A DNA stretch of 64,000 nt from Octopus sinensis (Eukaryota): assembly GCF_006345805.1 (NCBI RefSeq), contig NC_043007.1, forward strand, positions 55,490,001 to 55,554,000, in the 5' to 3' direction. The notes below the pieces were generated by a model. The model was given only the letters and a program-made list of their open reading frames with translations. It was not told where the DNA came from and did no database searches. Below, piece after piece: positions 12,298 through 26,137 of this stretch (within the stretch, counting starts at the first letter, position 1; each line of letters begins with the position of its first letter). The position numbers and the translations under genes are program-made.

Positions 12298-12584
12298 CAT
12301 TACAGATATAGGGCGAAAGATAATTAATTTAATAAAATCAACAAATTTCACCTAGTAGTATTTCGGTATGGAAAAGGACCATATTCGGTAAAAACTTATA
12401 TAATTATAACAATAAGGCTTTTGCAACAAGTTGCTTGACCACATACTGAAAATTTTAGAAACAGCAGCCAAAGAACTACTATTTTCTTTTTCTACAAAAA
12501 TATGTCTCTACATACAACATTTGTAACTCACATATGGCAAAAAAAAAGGAGAAAAACAATGAAATCAAACAGTCTTCAGTTAAT

Positions 12585-12639
12585 TATGGACGTACGTTTC
12601 TGGATTAGAATCATAAGATTCATTTCCTTCGTCGACATA
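12585..12639 (-). ncRNA. Type I hammerhead-like motif with variant core UCGACGA
   Basis: UAUG-UCGACGA-AGG..CCA-GAAA-CGUACG-UC-CAUA; palindromic stem III ACGUACGU; GUC site. Confidence 0.55.
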
Positions 12640-13302
12640 TATTCCGATAAATAAATCTAGAAATGCTAGGAAAACTTTCCCCTTATATTTCTGCCCAAGC
12701 GTCATCGGAACATATAAAAGCTAATCAGCATATCCACAATTATATAGACAAGTGAATTCGTATTTCCCTCCAAAATGTTTTCTACCATGTGAGTCACAAA
12801 ATAGTACTGCTAAAAAGATTCGTAGTTTTGTCGTAGGGGAGTGAAATAATCATTACAGATATAGGGTGAAAGATAATTGATTTAATAAAATCAACAAATT
12901 TCACCTAGTAGTATTTCGGTATGGAAAAGGACCATATTCGGTAAAAAAACTTACATAATTATAATAATAAGGGTTTTGTAACAAGTTGCTTGACCACATA
13001 CCGAAAATTTTAGAAATAGCAGCCAAAGGACTACTATTTCCTTTTTCTACAAAAATACGTCTCCACATACAACAATATTTGTAACTCATGATTATTTCAC
13101 TCCCCTACGACAAAACTACGAATCTTTTTTCGGCAGTACTATTTTGTGATTCACATAGTAGAAATAATTTTAGAGGGAAATACGAATTCACTTGTCTATA
13201 TAATTGTGGATATGCTAATTAGCTTTTATATGTTCCGATGACGCTTGGGCGGAAATATAAGGGGTAAGTTTTCCTAGCATTTCTAGATTTATTTATCGGA
13301 AT

Positions 13303-13361
13303 ATTATGTCGACGAAGGAAATGAATCTTATGATTCTAATACAGAAACGTACGTCCATAAT
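13303..13361 (+). ncRNA. Type I hammerhead-like motif with variant core UCGACGA (inverted copy)
   Basis: AUUAUG-UCGACGA-AGG..ACA-GAAA-CGUACG-UC-CAUAAU; 6-bp stem I. Confidence 0.5.
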
Positions 13362-13540
13362 TAACTGAAGACTGTTTGATTTCATTGTTTTTCTCCTTTT
13401 TTTGCCATTTGTGAGTTACAAATATTGTTGTATGTGGAGACATATTTTTGTAGAAAAAGGAAATAGTAGTCCTTTGGCTCATATTTCTAAAATTTTCGGT
13501 ATGTGGTCAAGCAACTTGTTGCAAAACCCTTATTGTTATA

Positions 13541-13576
<36 letters not shown>

Positions 13577-13604
13577 TATATATATATGTATATATATGTA
13601 TATA

Positions 13605-14487
13605 CTAGCTGACGTACCCGGTAATTTCCGGGAAAGCAGGACTAATCCCTTGGTTCTGTTCTCATAGTTGTTTCGGTAATCCAATAACAGCCATACAAAG
13701 TATGAAGCCATTAAAACGTTTTTTGTGCAATTACAGAGAATATCGAACTGTCTTACACAGGATCTTGTTTTTAGGAATTCTCAATAAGTTATGTATACCC
13801 AAATTATGAAGTCAGTTTTGTAATAACATGTAATTAGTTATCCGATAGAAAGAATTCAAATAAAGTATCACCGAAAAGGGCTTTAATACGTTCCCAGAGT
13901 ATGTAGAACATAGGAGGGAATACTAATAAGGTATGTATCCTAAAATCGTGAAGCATGTTACGTAATAACAGACTAATCAGATATGAGATAATAATAATTC
14001 AAAGAAAATAACTCTGAAAAGGGCTTTTGTGCATTCCTAGAGAATTTATCCTCAGCGGCGCTATGTTGGTGTATTCGGGAATAAGTCACTAACAGAAATA
14101 AGTGAATCCATTGTTTAGGAAAATACTATTTACTTGTTTCACGGTTTTACTGGATACATTGAGAAAATAACTCTAACAGTTGAAATCCTAAGAAATAAGC
14201 ATATTCAATTTGATTAATACCAAATGATTTAGGAAAATGAAGGGGTTACTTCCCTTGGCTATTAATATGCAGTATATTATATATATATATATGTATATAT
14301 ATATAAAGATCCCTTCCAGGGGCACTATTATTGATTTTTTTCAACAATCTGAGTATGTGATGACGTTTCCAGACATGAATTCTACTCACGTGTCAAGTTT
14401 CATCAAAATCAATAAAATGGTGTTTGAGGATTAGCTAACAACTCCACAAACACACCCACAGACAGAATTTCCCACATATGTAGTAGA
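13605..14487 (-). mobile_element. Non-autonomous Helitron
   Basis: The minus strand starts A|TC (14488/14487) and ends CTAG|T (13608-13605), with hairpin cccgg-n6-ccggg (13617-13632) just upstream of the 3' end; no TSD. Confidence 0.8.
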
Positions 14488-14504
14488 TGTATCTATATAA
14501 ATGC

Positions 14505-15680
<1,176 letters not shown>

Positions 15681-17771
15681 AAGCCAATGATTGACGGTAT
15701 TGTTCTGTGTCAACATAATTGATACTCTTCAAGTGATCCTGGTCACGCACATGTATACACACACACACACACACACACACATACACACCCTTACAAATAT
15801 ATATACCATACCGCAACAAGATTCATATTTTGTGTCCCAGATTATTTACACACGTACACACACTTGCATACTGAAAGGCAGTTGATTCTACACCAATACC
15901 TCACAAACAATGATAACATACTCACCAGAAATGTTAAACACACTCACACTCACTTATATATGTGTGTATATTTTCTAGAATACTCGATTGTGTGAAAGAT
16001 ATGAAACAATTTGAATTAGTTGGAAACGAGGCCATGGAACTCTGAGTAATGACAGAGAGTAGATTCACTACGCAAACACACATGCGTACGTGCGCGCACA
16101 CTGCGGGCATCATTCGCTGTACAAGACTTCTTGGTATCAGCTTGTATCTTATTAATCGTACATGCTGATAACCATGTAGTTGCGAGTAGACATCTCGACA
16201 CTTCTCCCCCGAAACACAAGATCGTCAAGATGTGTTAGCTTGAAAGAAAGGGATGACATAAATAGATAGAAAGACAGAGAGAGAGATAGACAGACAGACA
16301 GAGACAGAGAGAGACAAAGAGAGCGAGAGAAAGAGAGAGAGAACGAAAGAGAGAGAGAGAGAAAGAAAGAGAGAGTGAAATTAAGGGAAGGTACTGTATT
16401 TATTGCCTGTGGATGGATGAAAGTTGTCTCTCTTTGAGATTTCAACTTTGAGCACAGATAACTGAAATATATATTGCAACGTATTCTATACACGACTGTT
16501 ATAATTCAGCCAGTTGACGGCCTATGCATAAGATTCAATAAATAGCTCACCAAAGAACTCTGAAACGGTGCATGAATTTTGAAATGTCGCTTTGTTTGAA
16601 GATAACACGCGGAAAAGAACAGTGATAAAACAGAAGCAAGAAAAGGTGTATATTATGTGCAGAAGTAAATCTAGGTTCACCAGGCACATGAAGTGTCACA
16701 ATATCAATTTGCAGCAATCTTAACAATAAAATCAAGCATTTCCCTGACATCTGTGTAGACAAAATTTTGCAAATCTCTTGCTGGACAAGAGTCATTTCCA
16801 GTCAGATAATATATATGTTATGTGACTGTCTTGTAGTAATATTTTAATCTATAAAATGTTCTTATCAATGGTTCTGAATCAAATTAGATATAACTGTTGC
16901 GTATCTATTAATTTCTATAGATAAGTATGTGATGATTAATTACTTATATTATTATATAACTATATATGTTATATTCACTACTGTTAATATTATTACAATC
17001 AATTGAAAACGAGGAATGGTATTTAAACATGGCTGTCTGCTGACTAGCCAGGATTATGTCTAAAGCTACTACTGACGGATACCGTACTCTCGTTCTTAGA
17101 AGAGTAAAGCCTACTTACGGCCATTTTTTTCAGCCTCGTGTATTAACGAATTTGAGAATTGCTACACTACTGCAAGATAATTTTTGAAATATTCATTTTA
17201 ATGATTTCATTATCTTTAGACATTTTATTCTGTTTGTATATAAAAATAATTAAATTGTAAATATCATTGATGTCGCTAAATTAATGTCTAAATTTATATT
17301 CTCTGTGTATTACTTGTGCAGTTGTGTGTCGGTAGTTTTAACTAGTTTAGTGCCCATGTATATGTACTCTGTCAGCATAAAAATTCATAAGGGAAAAAGG
17401 AAACACACGTTACTAATTATATACAACCAGCAATATACTGCTCGACGATATATATATATATATATATATATATTGAGAAAAAGGAGGCAGTCAGGTTTTT
17501 GGATAATCCTTTAATAGCGCTTTCTTTCAATTTCGAACTCATCAAGACAAAATTAAAATGTTAAAAACAGAACGTTTCGCTGTTCATTTATATAAATCGA
17601 GTATTTTTGTTTGTTTAGAAGAGGAGAATATTGTTTTGGGTTTTTCGTTTGGGGAAAAAGGGAGAGAGAAAAAATGGCAAAGCGGTGGGGAAATAGAAAG
17701 AAAGAGCGGTATCAGGACAATCAAGAAAGAGGAGAAAATAATACTAATAATAATATTGGATGCCGAAAGGG

Positions 17772-17819
<48 letters not shown>

Positions 17820-18066
17820 GAGGTTTCTTTTCATTTTGGTGTGGTCAATTCATTGAAATTTCATTACAAAGTATTTTTCTTTTTTTCTCCTTTCTTTTTT
17901 CTTTTCCCATTATATACCTATTAGCATATTTGTAAATGAACACATTTTCTCACAAGGGCTGGTGACCTTTCAAAGGTGTCAGTTTTAGGAAGTAGGATGG
18001 AATAAATAAGAAAAGGAGGGTGCGGTCATCACTTGCCATATTGCTCTGTAACAGTATCCCTGTTGT

Positions 18067-18128
18067 AAATAACCCATTTATTTATACCACAACTCATTTA
18101 TTTATAGCACCGACTGAACTATATGTTT

Positions 18129-18181
<53 letters not shown>

Positions 18182-18330
18182 GAGAGAGAAAGAGAGAGAG
18201 ATGAATAGGGAGGGTGAAATTGAGATTGTACCTCGTGGGAGGAAGTTTTGTCGAGAAATGAATTAAATTCGTGGAAGGGAAAACTAAATTCAAAATCTTA
18301 ATTTAAGACACAAGAGTTTCGGAGACATTT
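18067..18330 (+). repeat. ~260-bp dispersed repeat, copy 1 (copy 2 at 20078-20340)
   Basis: Shared blocks ataacccatttatt, atgaatagggagggtgaaattg.gattgtacctc, gggaggaagttt and ggagacattt; offset 2010 bp. Confidence 0.85.
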
Positions 18331-18336
18331 TGCGAA

Positions 18337-18450
<114 letters not shown>

Positions 18451-18469
18451 CACACACATACACACACAC

Positions 18470-18508
<39 letters not shown>

Positions 18509-18534
18509 AAAAAAGCAACAAAAATGGATCAATA

Positions 18535-18623
18535 TTTCGGTACAATTGTTTCGTACGAAGACCGCTTTATTAAGGCTACAAAAATTGCAGTAAATATAAG
18601 TGACCCGTACTCATCAGCCGAAA
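18535..18623 (-). ncRNA. Type I hammerhead ribozyme (canonical)
   Basis: Reverse complement of 19692-19780; identical sequence. Confidence 0.88.
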
Positions 18624-19691
18624 AAACATCTGAGATCTCCAAACATCAAAGGGGGTGATGTTACACTCATGAAACATCATGGAAAGTTCTATAAAAATGA
18701 AATTTAGATAACAAATGGACTTCAAAAAGTTCTTTTAGTATTGCACAGTCATATATCAGGTTTAAAATTTTTTTTAAACCTCTTAGTTTTCCAGAAAATG
18801 AAGATGAAAGTGAAGATGTAAATCTATCCATATTGAAGAAAGTTTGATTCCTGGAGATATGATGAGAGGTATCATACTCACAGAATATGTATTTATCCAT
18901 ATATAGTCCATAGTAAAGTGTGATTCAAGATGTGTGATGATATTTTGGATACATTTGTGAGAGTTTCTCAAAACTGCTCTGTTAGAATTCGAAAATGTTG
19001 GAGGGTCAGTGAAGCGTAGAGACAGTCTTTCAGTGGAGAAGAACTGGCTGATATAGAAATCTGCAAGAATCACAGAGCTTAAAGGAGGAATGTTAATTTT
19101 GACCACCTACTGTTGTTAATTACTATATAAAGAGGAAATGGGAAGGTAAAAGGGGGGGGGGGGTCAAAGTTTGTTTCTTTAGGAAAACATCTTAGCGTAT
19201 TCAGTGCAAAGAGGTCATTTAAATTTATTTCTTTATTTATTAATGTTATTATAAATACATTGCCAGGTTATGGGACTACAATAAGGAGTCAGAAGAAAGG
19301 AATTAGAGTTATTTTTCATAATGAAAAACCGTTATAATAAATCTGGGATTAGCAAAATTTATTATTACTACTAATAAATGTATCCAAAATGTATCCAAAA
19401 TATCATCACACATCTTGAATCCCACTCTATTCTGTGAGTATGATAGCTCTCATCATATCTCCAGGAATCAAACTTTCTTCAATATGGATAGATTTAAATC
19501 TTCACTTTCATCTTCATTTTCTGGAAAACTAAGAGGTTTAAAATTTTTTTAAAACCTGATATATGACTGTGCAATACTAAAAGAACTTTTTGAAGTCCAT
19601 TTGTTATCTAAATCTCATTTTTATAGAACTTTCCATGATGTTTCATGAGTGTAACATCACCCCCTTTGATGTTTGGAGATCTCAGATGTTT

Positions 19692-19780
19692 TTTCGGCTG
19701 ATGAGTACGGGTCACTTATATTTACTGCAATTTTTGTAGCCTTAATAAAGCGGTCTTCGTACGAAACAATTGTACCGAAA
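19692..19780 (+). ncRNA. Type I hammerhead ribozyme (canonical)
   Basis: UUUCGG-CUGAUGA-GUACG[long hairpin]CGUAC-GAAA-CAAUUG-UA-CCGAAA: 6-bp stem I, 5-bp closing stem II, palindromic stem III ACAAUUGU, GUA cleavage triplet. Confidence 0.9.
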
Positions 19781-19926
19781 TATTGATCCATTCTTCTTGC
19801 TTTTTTCCTATTTATAATCACCCCACATTATCGTATGGTTAACACCATATAGATTTCTGGTGCATCTAAGTTAAGTACCATATTCATGTGAATTCAACAG
19901 AACTCACTTGAATCTTAATTGCTACC

Positions 19927-20005
<79 letters not shown>

Positions 20006-20077
20006 TATATTCGTGTATTACAATGTTAAAAGTTTAGCTTACGAATTTTTCTCTGGGACGTCCTGAGATGTAAATAT

Positions 20078-20340
20078 ATAACCCATTTATTCACACCTGC
20101 AACTGAACTGTATATCTGTGGAGAAGGAGTGTGTGTGTGTGTGTGTGTGCATGTATGTGTGTGTGTGTGCGTGCGTGCGCGTGTGTGTGTGAGAGAGGGA
20201 AAGAGATGAATAGGGAGGGTGAAATTGTGATTGTACCTCACGGGAGGAAGTTTCTGTTGAGAAATGAATTAAGTTTGAGGACAGGATAATTCAATTCAAA
20301 TCTAAATTTAAGACACATGACAAAAGTTTTGGAGACATTT
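20078..20340 (+). repeat. ~260-bp dispersed repeat, copy 2
   Basis: See 18067-18330. Confidence 0.85.
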
Positions 20341-23300
20341 CTTATATATATATATAGGTGATATATCTGATGAAGATATATCATCGTATAATTTTGTATG
20401 CATGTAGCTCCCCGAAACAGTTCTATGCCCAAAGTAAAATATATACTTTCATTTACGCAAGAATGCAAATATCTAACATCTTTAAGTAGTCATAAACATG
20501 TGTTTATGCAAACATACAGATGTATAATGAAACGTTTGCTCACACTTAATGAGATTCTTATGCTCATCCTTATATGGATTTTTGCGCCACTACTTTACAT
20601 ATTAGTAATCAATAGAATGATGTCCAGTATATGATTAGTAACTTATGTATCGAGCGTGGAGGTATATATGGCAAAGTTGACACTGGTGTCATTTTAATTC
20701 AAAATGGAGATGGACATAACATAGACATTATTCCATTTCTGCCATTTGGTGTCATCATTGTTAAAACGAATTTAAATGGAACTTATATCTATATTGCGCC
20801 AGAGAATGATAGCTTAATGCAACAATAGATATAAATTCCATTTTATAACTTACATAATAGACATAAGTTATATGTATATAGTCCAGTTCCTGGCTCAATT
20901 TTATGTAAAATTTTATTACTTATGTAATTTAATTTCTTTTCTTTAAAATATATCCTGTTAACATGCTTTGAGTTGAAGTCAGAGTACAATCATGATGAAT
21001 GCTGGTTCCCTTTAGTTAAATCACAACACATGAGGGATTCAGGAACTCTTTTGTTATCTAAAACCAATGAAAAAGATCTAATTTCACTTCAGTCCAACCT
21101 GAAAGGCTAACAAGTTTGACACCCTAGCTCAATGGATATAAATGTTGTAAAGCTTTGAATGAAATAAAGATTTAGCCGTTTAGTAATAATCGAAGCATAC
21201 ACAGAGTAGATATGATATTTGATGAACTAAAATCAAACGGTTTGAAACGTAATAATCGACAGAAGAGACAAAATTGAAAATTGGAATTGGATATTCACAG
21301 TTGAACTCGAGATTAGTCAAAGTGCATAAAATACTACGCTCTTCCTATTTAGTTTTCATTCTCTTCCTATTCCTTAAACTTCGCAATATTGTTGCTGTTT
21401 GGTAATTGTTGTAGTGGTAACGAAAGTCAATTACTCTCTGTATTTTATCCCTTTAGTACATTAATCTTTATCTTGAGCGAGATCCATCTCAGTCAGGTAA
21501 GGCTGTCAGAATTCATAACAACTGGATACATCAACAATAAAGAACATAATAAAGGGAAACCGTAAGATATTTACTCCAAATGTTTCTGCAGATGTAAAAA
21601 TGATACCCGCAAGATAAAAAATATATTAGAACTCTTTCTCGGTTCTTTTGCTATTTCATTTAAACCAACTCCAGACATCTGGTGAAAGCGTTTGTGTATT
21701 ACACCGATTTTTCGAATGATCTTTGTTTCCGTATAATAATCGAGTAATTCAAGTAAAAATATGTTGGTTAATTTGGAATGTCTTAGTGGTGTAGTAGTGG
21801 TATCTTACCTGGAGGACGTGGTCTTTAAACAACAAAATGTTGGCAAAGTCACTAATTCGGTCTTACAGTACTATTTTACTGTAATCATCCGGTTCCGCTA
21901 AATCATCATCAATATCGACATCGTCGTTGTTTACTACTACTACTACTACTACTACTACCAGCAGCAGCAGCAGCAGCAGCACCACCACCACCACCACCAC
22001 CACCACCACTACTTTTCAATCATATGTATTATCATTAATATCATCAATATTCACTCATTACCTCTTTCACGCCCCTGTCACTACAATTAATACTATCAGT
22101 CTCATCAATATAATCGATGTAATTAATATTGCCATGCACATCATCACCGAAACCATCATTATCATCATAATGATCCTCATCATTATCAGCATCGCCAGAA
22201 TGCCATATGGCCACCACAATCAATAATGCACCACAGCAACCACTACCATCATCACAACTACCAACACAATCACCGCAACCACTACCACCACCACCACCAC
22301 CATCATACTAACACTATATCTTTCCCAATTCTCACTCACGATTTCTGTTTCTCATTCCCCTCTCTTCTCATTTTCATCTTCGTTCCAATGACTGACTATA
22401 ATGTTTGACAGTATCTAGTATCGAAAAAGTGATTATGGTCATGTTGAAGGTAATTAATTAGAAGTGAGTAAAGCTGTGTAGAAGAACTGCATTTCATTAA
22501 GTGCTGGAAAATGGTCACCCATGTTTTTCAATAGCCAAACTTTTGCAAGCTGATGTTTGTAGAACACACATGCAAGCGTTGTGAATTCCAGATGCTTGAC
22601 AAATTGAGGTAAAACGGATTGAGCAAATGATCAGTGTGGTACCAAGGATAAGCGGACACCAAAATTGAGAAAAGCAGAAGTGAATGAGTGATGATGCTCG
22701 AGTGGAAATGGTGCAATGCCGGTCGGTTCCGAGGAGAGAAGCTATTGTAGTAGCGGCAGACAGCATGTCAGTAGGATTGAGGCTGGTGTGTTTGCGAATG
22801 GCAACCAATAGGCGAATTTTACACTAATGCAATCAAAATGTCCCTGTGTGTAGCAGTAGCACCGTACCGAGCGTGGGAGCATTACTCCAAGATGGATTTC
22901 ACTTCATTCTGTTCAGATTTAGTAGATGATGGATGCTCAAATATTTTGAAAGCGGGAAGAGAAAATCCAGTCATTGAAATGTTCTTTTTGCTATGTTAAA
23001 AATGTGCACCTATCAGAAGCTATTCTCTTTGACAGTGAAGTCTAACATTAATTAATGCCTTCTATCCCAGAGAAACACGAAAGAAAATAGTATGCCTGTA
23101 GCGCAACACGAAATTATGCATAAAAAAAACGATATCCTGACATAACCAATAAACCTATGTATTTTAAAAAGCTGACGTGGCAAGGAACTGCTGGGAATAG
23201 TAAATTGTGTCGTGCTGTTTTGGATAGGAAGGAGAAGAAAAATAAACAAACTGGTTTGAAGACTAAATAACTGCTATGAAGAGGAATTATTACCAATATC

Positions 23301-24769
23301 AGGTGAAAGAATTCAACAATAGAAAAGTTATAAGTTCGCCAGTTATTATCTTCCACACCTCTTTTTTCTCATCATTATAGCCATTTTTGTACATTTTAAT
23401 GTTTTTATTTTATATTAATTTTTCACTTCCATGAGGTAAAAATTTATTTGAAAGGAATTCGTTTGAAGGATTTGAAGGATACAAGAAAGAAACCAGAAAG
23501 AAAAAAGAGAAACTAGAAAAAAATGAAAACACCTCAAATTTTCTGAATTCAGTTGTTCTAAGCTTGAAGCAAACATCTCGATATGCAGGTAACACCTGCA
23601 TAACGGCAGCCTCAGGCTACGGAGTTATGCGCTTGTGGGAATTGTTAAGCATGACCACTACTTTTGGGAAACTGTCTGTTATATCGCTCTTGAAATTGTA
23701 AGACAGAGATTTTGTCTGTTATATCACTCGGTAAAATTGTTAAAAGTTTAAAAACTACTCGTCTTTTTAGCAAATAAGTCGGTTTTCGGTGTTTTGCCTA
23801 ACGTCAAAATAGTTAGTTTAAAACTATTTTAACACACCTAAGCACACATATATATATACACACACACACATATACACATACATACATACATACATACATA
23901 CATACATACATACATACATACATACATACATACATACATACATACATACTAATAGGTAAATACGAAGCAGCGATCCAAGTATAGGAAGTTAGTAAGCTTC
24001 GAGCATTTCTGCAGCTAGTACAGATTACAAAAGTTGGATAATATACTATAAACAAGGTTATTAACATCGCAAGTTGCACGATTCGTCCCATATTGAAATT
24101 AAAAGGAATATCGATAAGGCGACGGTCATCATACTACTCACTGTTTAGCAACTAAAGTTACTAAAATGCGAATAAAAAAAGAAAGGAATAAAATGGTTAA
24201 AAACGAACTATGAGCGCTTCATAGAAATGCGATGCTTGTTACATAAGCTGTAACTTACATAAAACTAGCTTAGCTGATCTTCAGGTCTTATTACCTCTAT
24301 GTTTTTTACATTGTCACGCGAAAATGAGCAACTGAATTATTAAACTAGCCACAACACTAATCAAAGTCAAATGACCAGTGAAAGTGTTACAAGAAAGAAA
24401 TTTCCCTCGTAATTTTTTTCTGTTTTCTTTCTTTTTTGTCTACAGTTTATATGTTTATATTAACAATTATTTACTGTTATTTGTTGTGAACATTAATATT
24501 TAATATATGAACAATTGTAGCAATGTCTGAAGCGAGTAAATAACAATATGGCCGCTCAAATTCAAGATCTTTAGCGAGACACCACTTTATGGATGAATGT
24601 ACTTGATGTAACAATGCAACACAATATGCACAGCATCTCACCAATAAGATATTTGTTGCTTTTTTTCTGCAATTTCTGCAATTTCAACCAATCTAATTTC
24701 AACCAGTCTAATTTCAACCAGCTAAATATCTACAATGTCTTGTACAGAATTGGCAACTAAAACCTTAAC

Positions 24770-24950
24770 CGGTAATAGTCGGTTGTAGTTGTAACTGGGC
24801 TTCATGCACCTGTGCATGTCGTTTAAGTCCTCCTGCCGAATTACACTCTCTTCCACATGCCCGACAGCTATGATTAGTATGGTGTGTAATCCCACCACTA
24901 TTGGCCAGGTTGTCACTCATCTGTTTCGCTTTATGACTACGAAGATGACT
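24770..24950 (-). mobile_element. RTE-type LINE extreme 3' fragment (C-terminal C2H2-like motif)
   Basis: SHLRSHK...CRACGRECNSAGGLKRHAQVH; 5' side truncated at a (TACA)n array. Confidence 0.6.
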
Positions 24951-25070
24951 CACATACATACATACATACATACATACATACATACATACATACATAATAC
25001 ATAATACATACATACATACATACATACATACATACATACATACATACATACATACATACACACACATTCT

Positions 25071-25279
25071 TTTATTGTTTTATTGTTTTACTTGTTTCCG
25101 ATAGTTGACTGCGGCCATGCTAGATCATCGCCTTGAGCCGAACAAATGGACCCCAAGACTTATTCCTTGTAAGTCTAGTACTTATTCAATCGGACACTTT
25201 TGCCGAATCGGTTAGTTATGGGGACGTATACACACTAACATCGGTAGTCAAGTGATGGTGGGGGGACAAATACAGACAT

Positions 25280-25334
<55 letters not shown>

Positions 25335-25447
25335 TATCTATCTATATACACACGCACACACACACTTGCCCAAGGTGATACACAGTGGGACTGAACCCGG
25401 AACCATGTGGCTGGGAAGCAAACCTCTTATCACACAGCCACGCCTGC
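25071..25447 (-). mobile_element. tRNA-derived SINE
   Basis: Head gcaggcgtggctgtgtg...ggttccgggttcagtcc, internal (TA)/(CA) tract, tail gcatggccgcagtc...gaaacaagtaaaac. Confidence 0.9.
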
Positions 25448-25552
25448 TAGAAATAAGAGCTAAAATACTCTTAATGCTCTAGGAAAAGCACATAAATGTA
25501 TACATATATGTTGACGGGGTCTGCAATCGTCCCAAACACCGACTAGATAATT

Positions 25553-25604
25553 CTTTAGACTGAACGTTCAATTTCGGCTAATTCCATAGCCTTCTCCAGT
25601 AAGG
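25553..25604 (-). ncRNA. Decayed type I hammerhead
   Basis: CCUUA-CUGGAGA-AGGCU..AGCC-GAAA-UUGAACGUUCAG-UC-UAAAG (core A6 mutated). Confidence 0.55.
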
Positions 25605-25903
25605 ATCGCTCGTTCGGTAGATTCCGGGCCAGTAAGCATATATGTATTTACCATAAAAATTTATGGATGATTATATTTTTGTGCTTTTCCTACAGCATTA
25701 AGAGCATTTTGGCTCTTATTTCTAGAAATGTAAGTATCTTGACCCCATTTGTGACGTTCAGTGGTGATTGTATTTTACTTGTATGATATCACATTGCACC
25801 TAGTTGTTTATAGTAATTTTTATATAGACATTAACCATCCGCTAAATATTCCATAAATTCTTATGGTTAATACATAAGGTCCGGAATCTGCCGAACGAGT
25901 GGT

Positions 25904-25954
25904 CCTTAAAGATGAAGGCTACGGAATAGCCGAAACTGGACGTTCAGTCTACGG
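25904..25954 (+). ncRNA. Decayed type I hammerhead
   Basis: CCUUA-AAGAUGA-AGGCU..AGCC-GAAA-CUGGACGUUCAG-UC-UACGG (core C3/U4 mutated). The consensus of the two copies is near-canonical. Confidence 0.55.
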
Positions 25955-26101
25955 AATTCTCGAGTCAGTGTTTGGGGTGATTGCAGCCCCTGTTAGCAAA
26001 TATGTATACATTTTTGTGCTTTTTTCTAAAGCATTAAGAGGATTTAGCTCCTATTTCTAGCATTGTAGGCGTCTGTACAACCTTAGTAACGTTCAGTGAC
26101 G

Positions 26102-26137
<36 letters not shown>

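Larger units (their letters stand above)
12294..13542. repeat. 553-bp unit, partial tandem restart and inverted copy (hammerhead-bearing element), flanked by (TA)n
   Basis: Unit 12294-12846, restart 12847-13088, then 13089-13542 is the reverse complement of ~12403-12852. Confidence 0.92.
18504..19811. mobile_element. Penelope-like element remnant with an inverted terminal segment
   Basis: ~430-450-bp arms (18504-18956 and ~19388-19811) in inverted orientation. Minus-strand ORF 18783-19106 has a decayed GIY-YIG signature (VKINI...FYISQ..TERLSLRFT...SNRAVLRNSHKC). Each arm carries a hammerhead. Confidence 0.75.
25447..26103. repeat. 335-bp hammerhead-bearing tandem unit preceded by an inverted copy
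   Basis: gtgctttt recurs at 25681 and 26016 (period 335). 25447-25676 is a diverged reverse complement of the segment spanning the ribozyme. Confidence 0.85.

Noticed and set aside
12355-12395. ccgaatatggtccttttccataccgaaa (minus) resembling a second hammerhead core
   Set aside because: Two core mismatches, and no register gives both stem I and an NUH site.
16547-16795. Possible minus-strand exon ending TTG|GTGAGC
   Set aside because: The donor is plausible, but there is no recognisable protein and several acceptors are equally possible; not supportable without RNA data.
20360-20430. CTGATGA...CCCCGAAACAGTTCTA
   Set aside because: Stems I, II and III do not pair; at best a dead relic of a hammerhead family.
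20631-20828. 65-aa ORF with protein-like composition
   Set aside because: No motif recognised and no supported splice structure.
24208-24290. CTGAAGA...GAAGCGCTC on the minus strand
   Set aside because: One core A is missing and there is no stem I or II pairing.
24780-24950. C2H2 zinc finger as a possible host ZNF exon
   Set aside because: A single finger with no TGEKP linker, truncated by a microsatellite; it fits an RTE C-terminus better.
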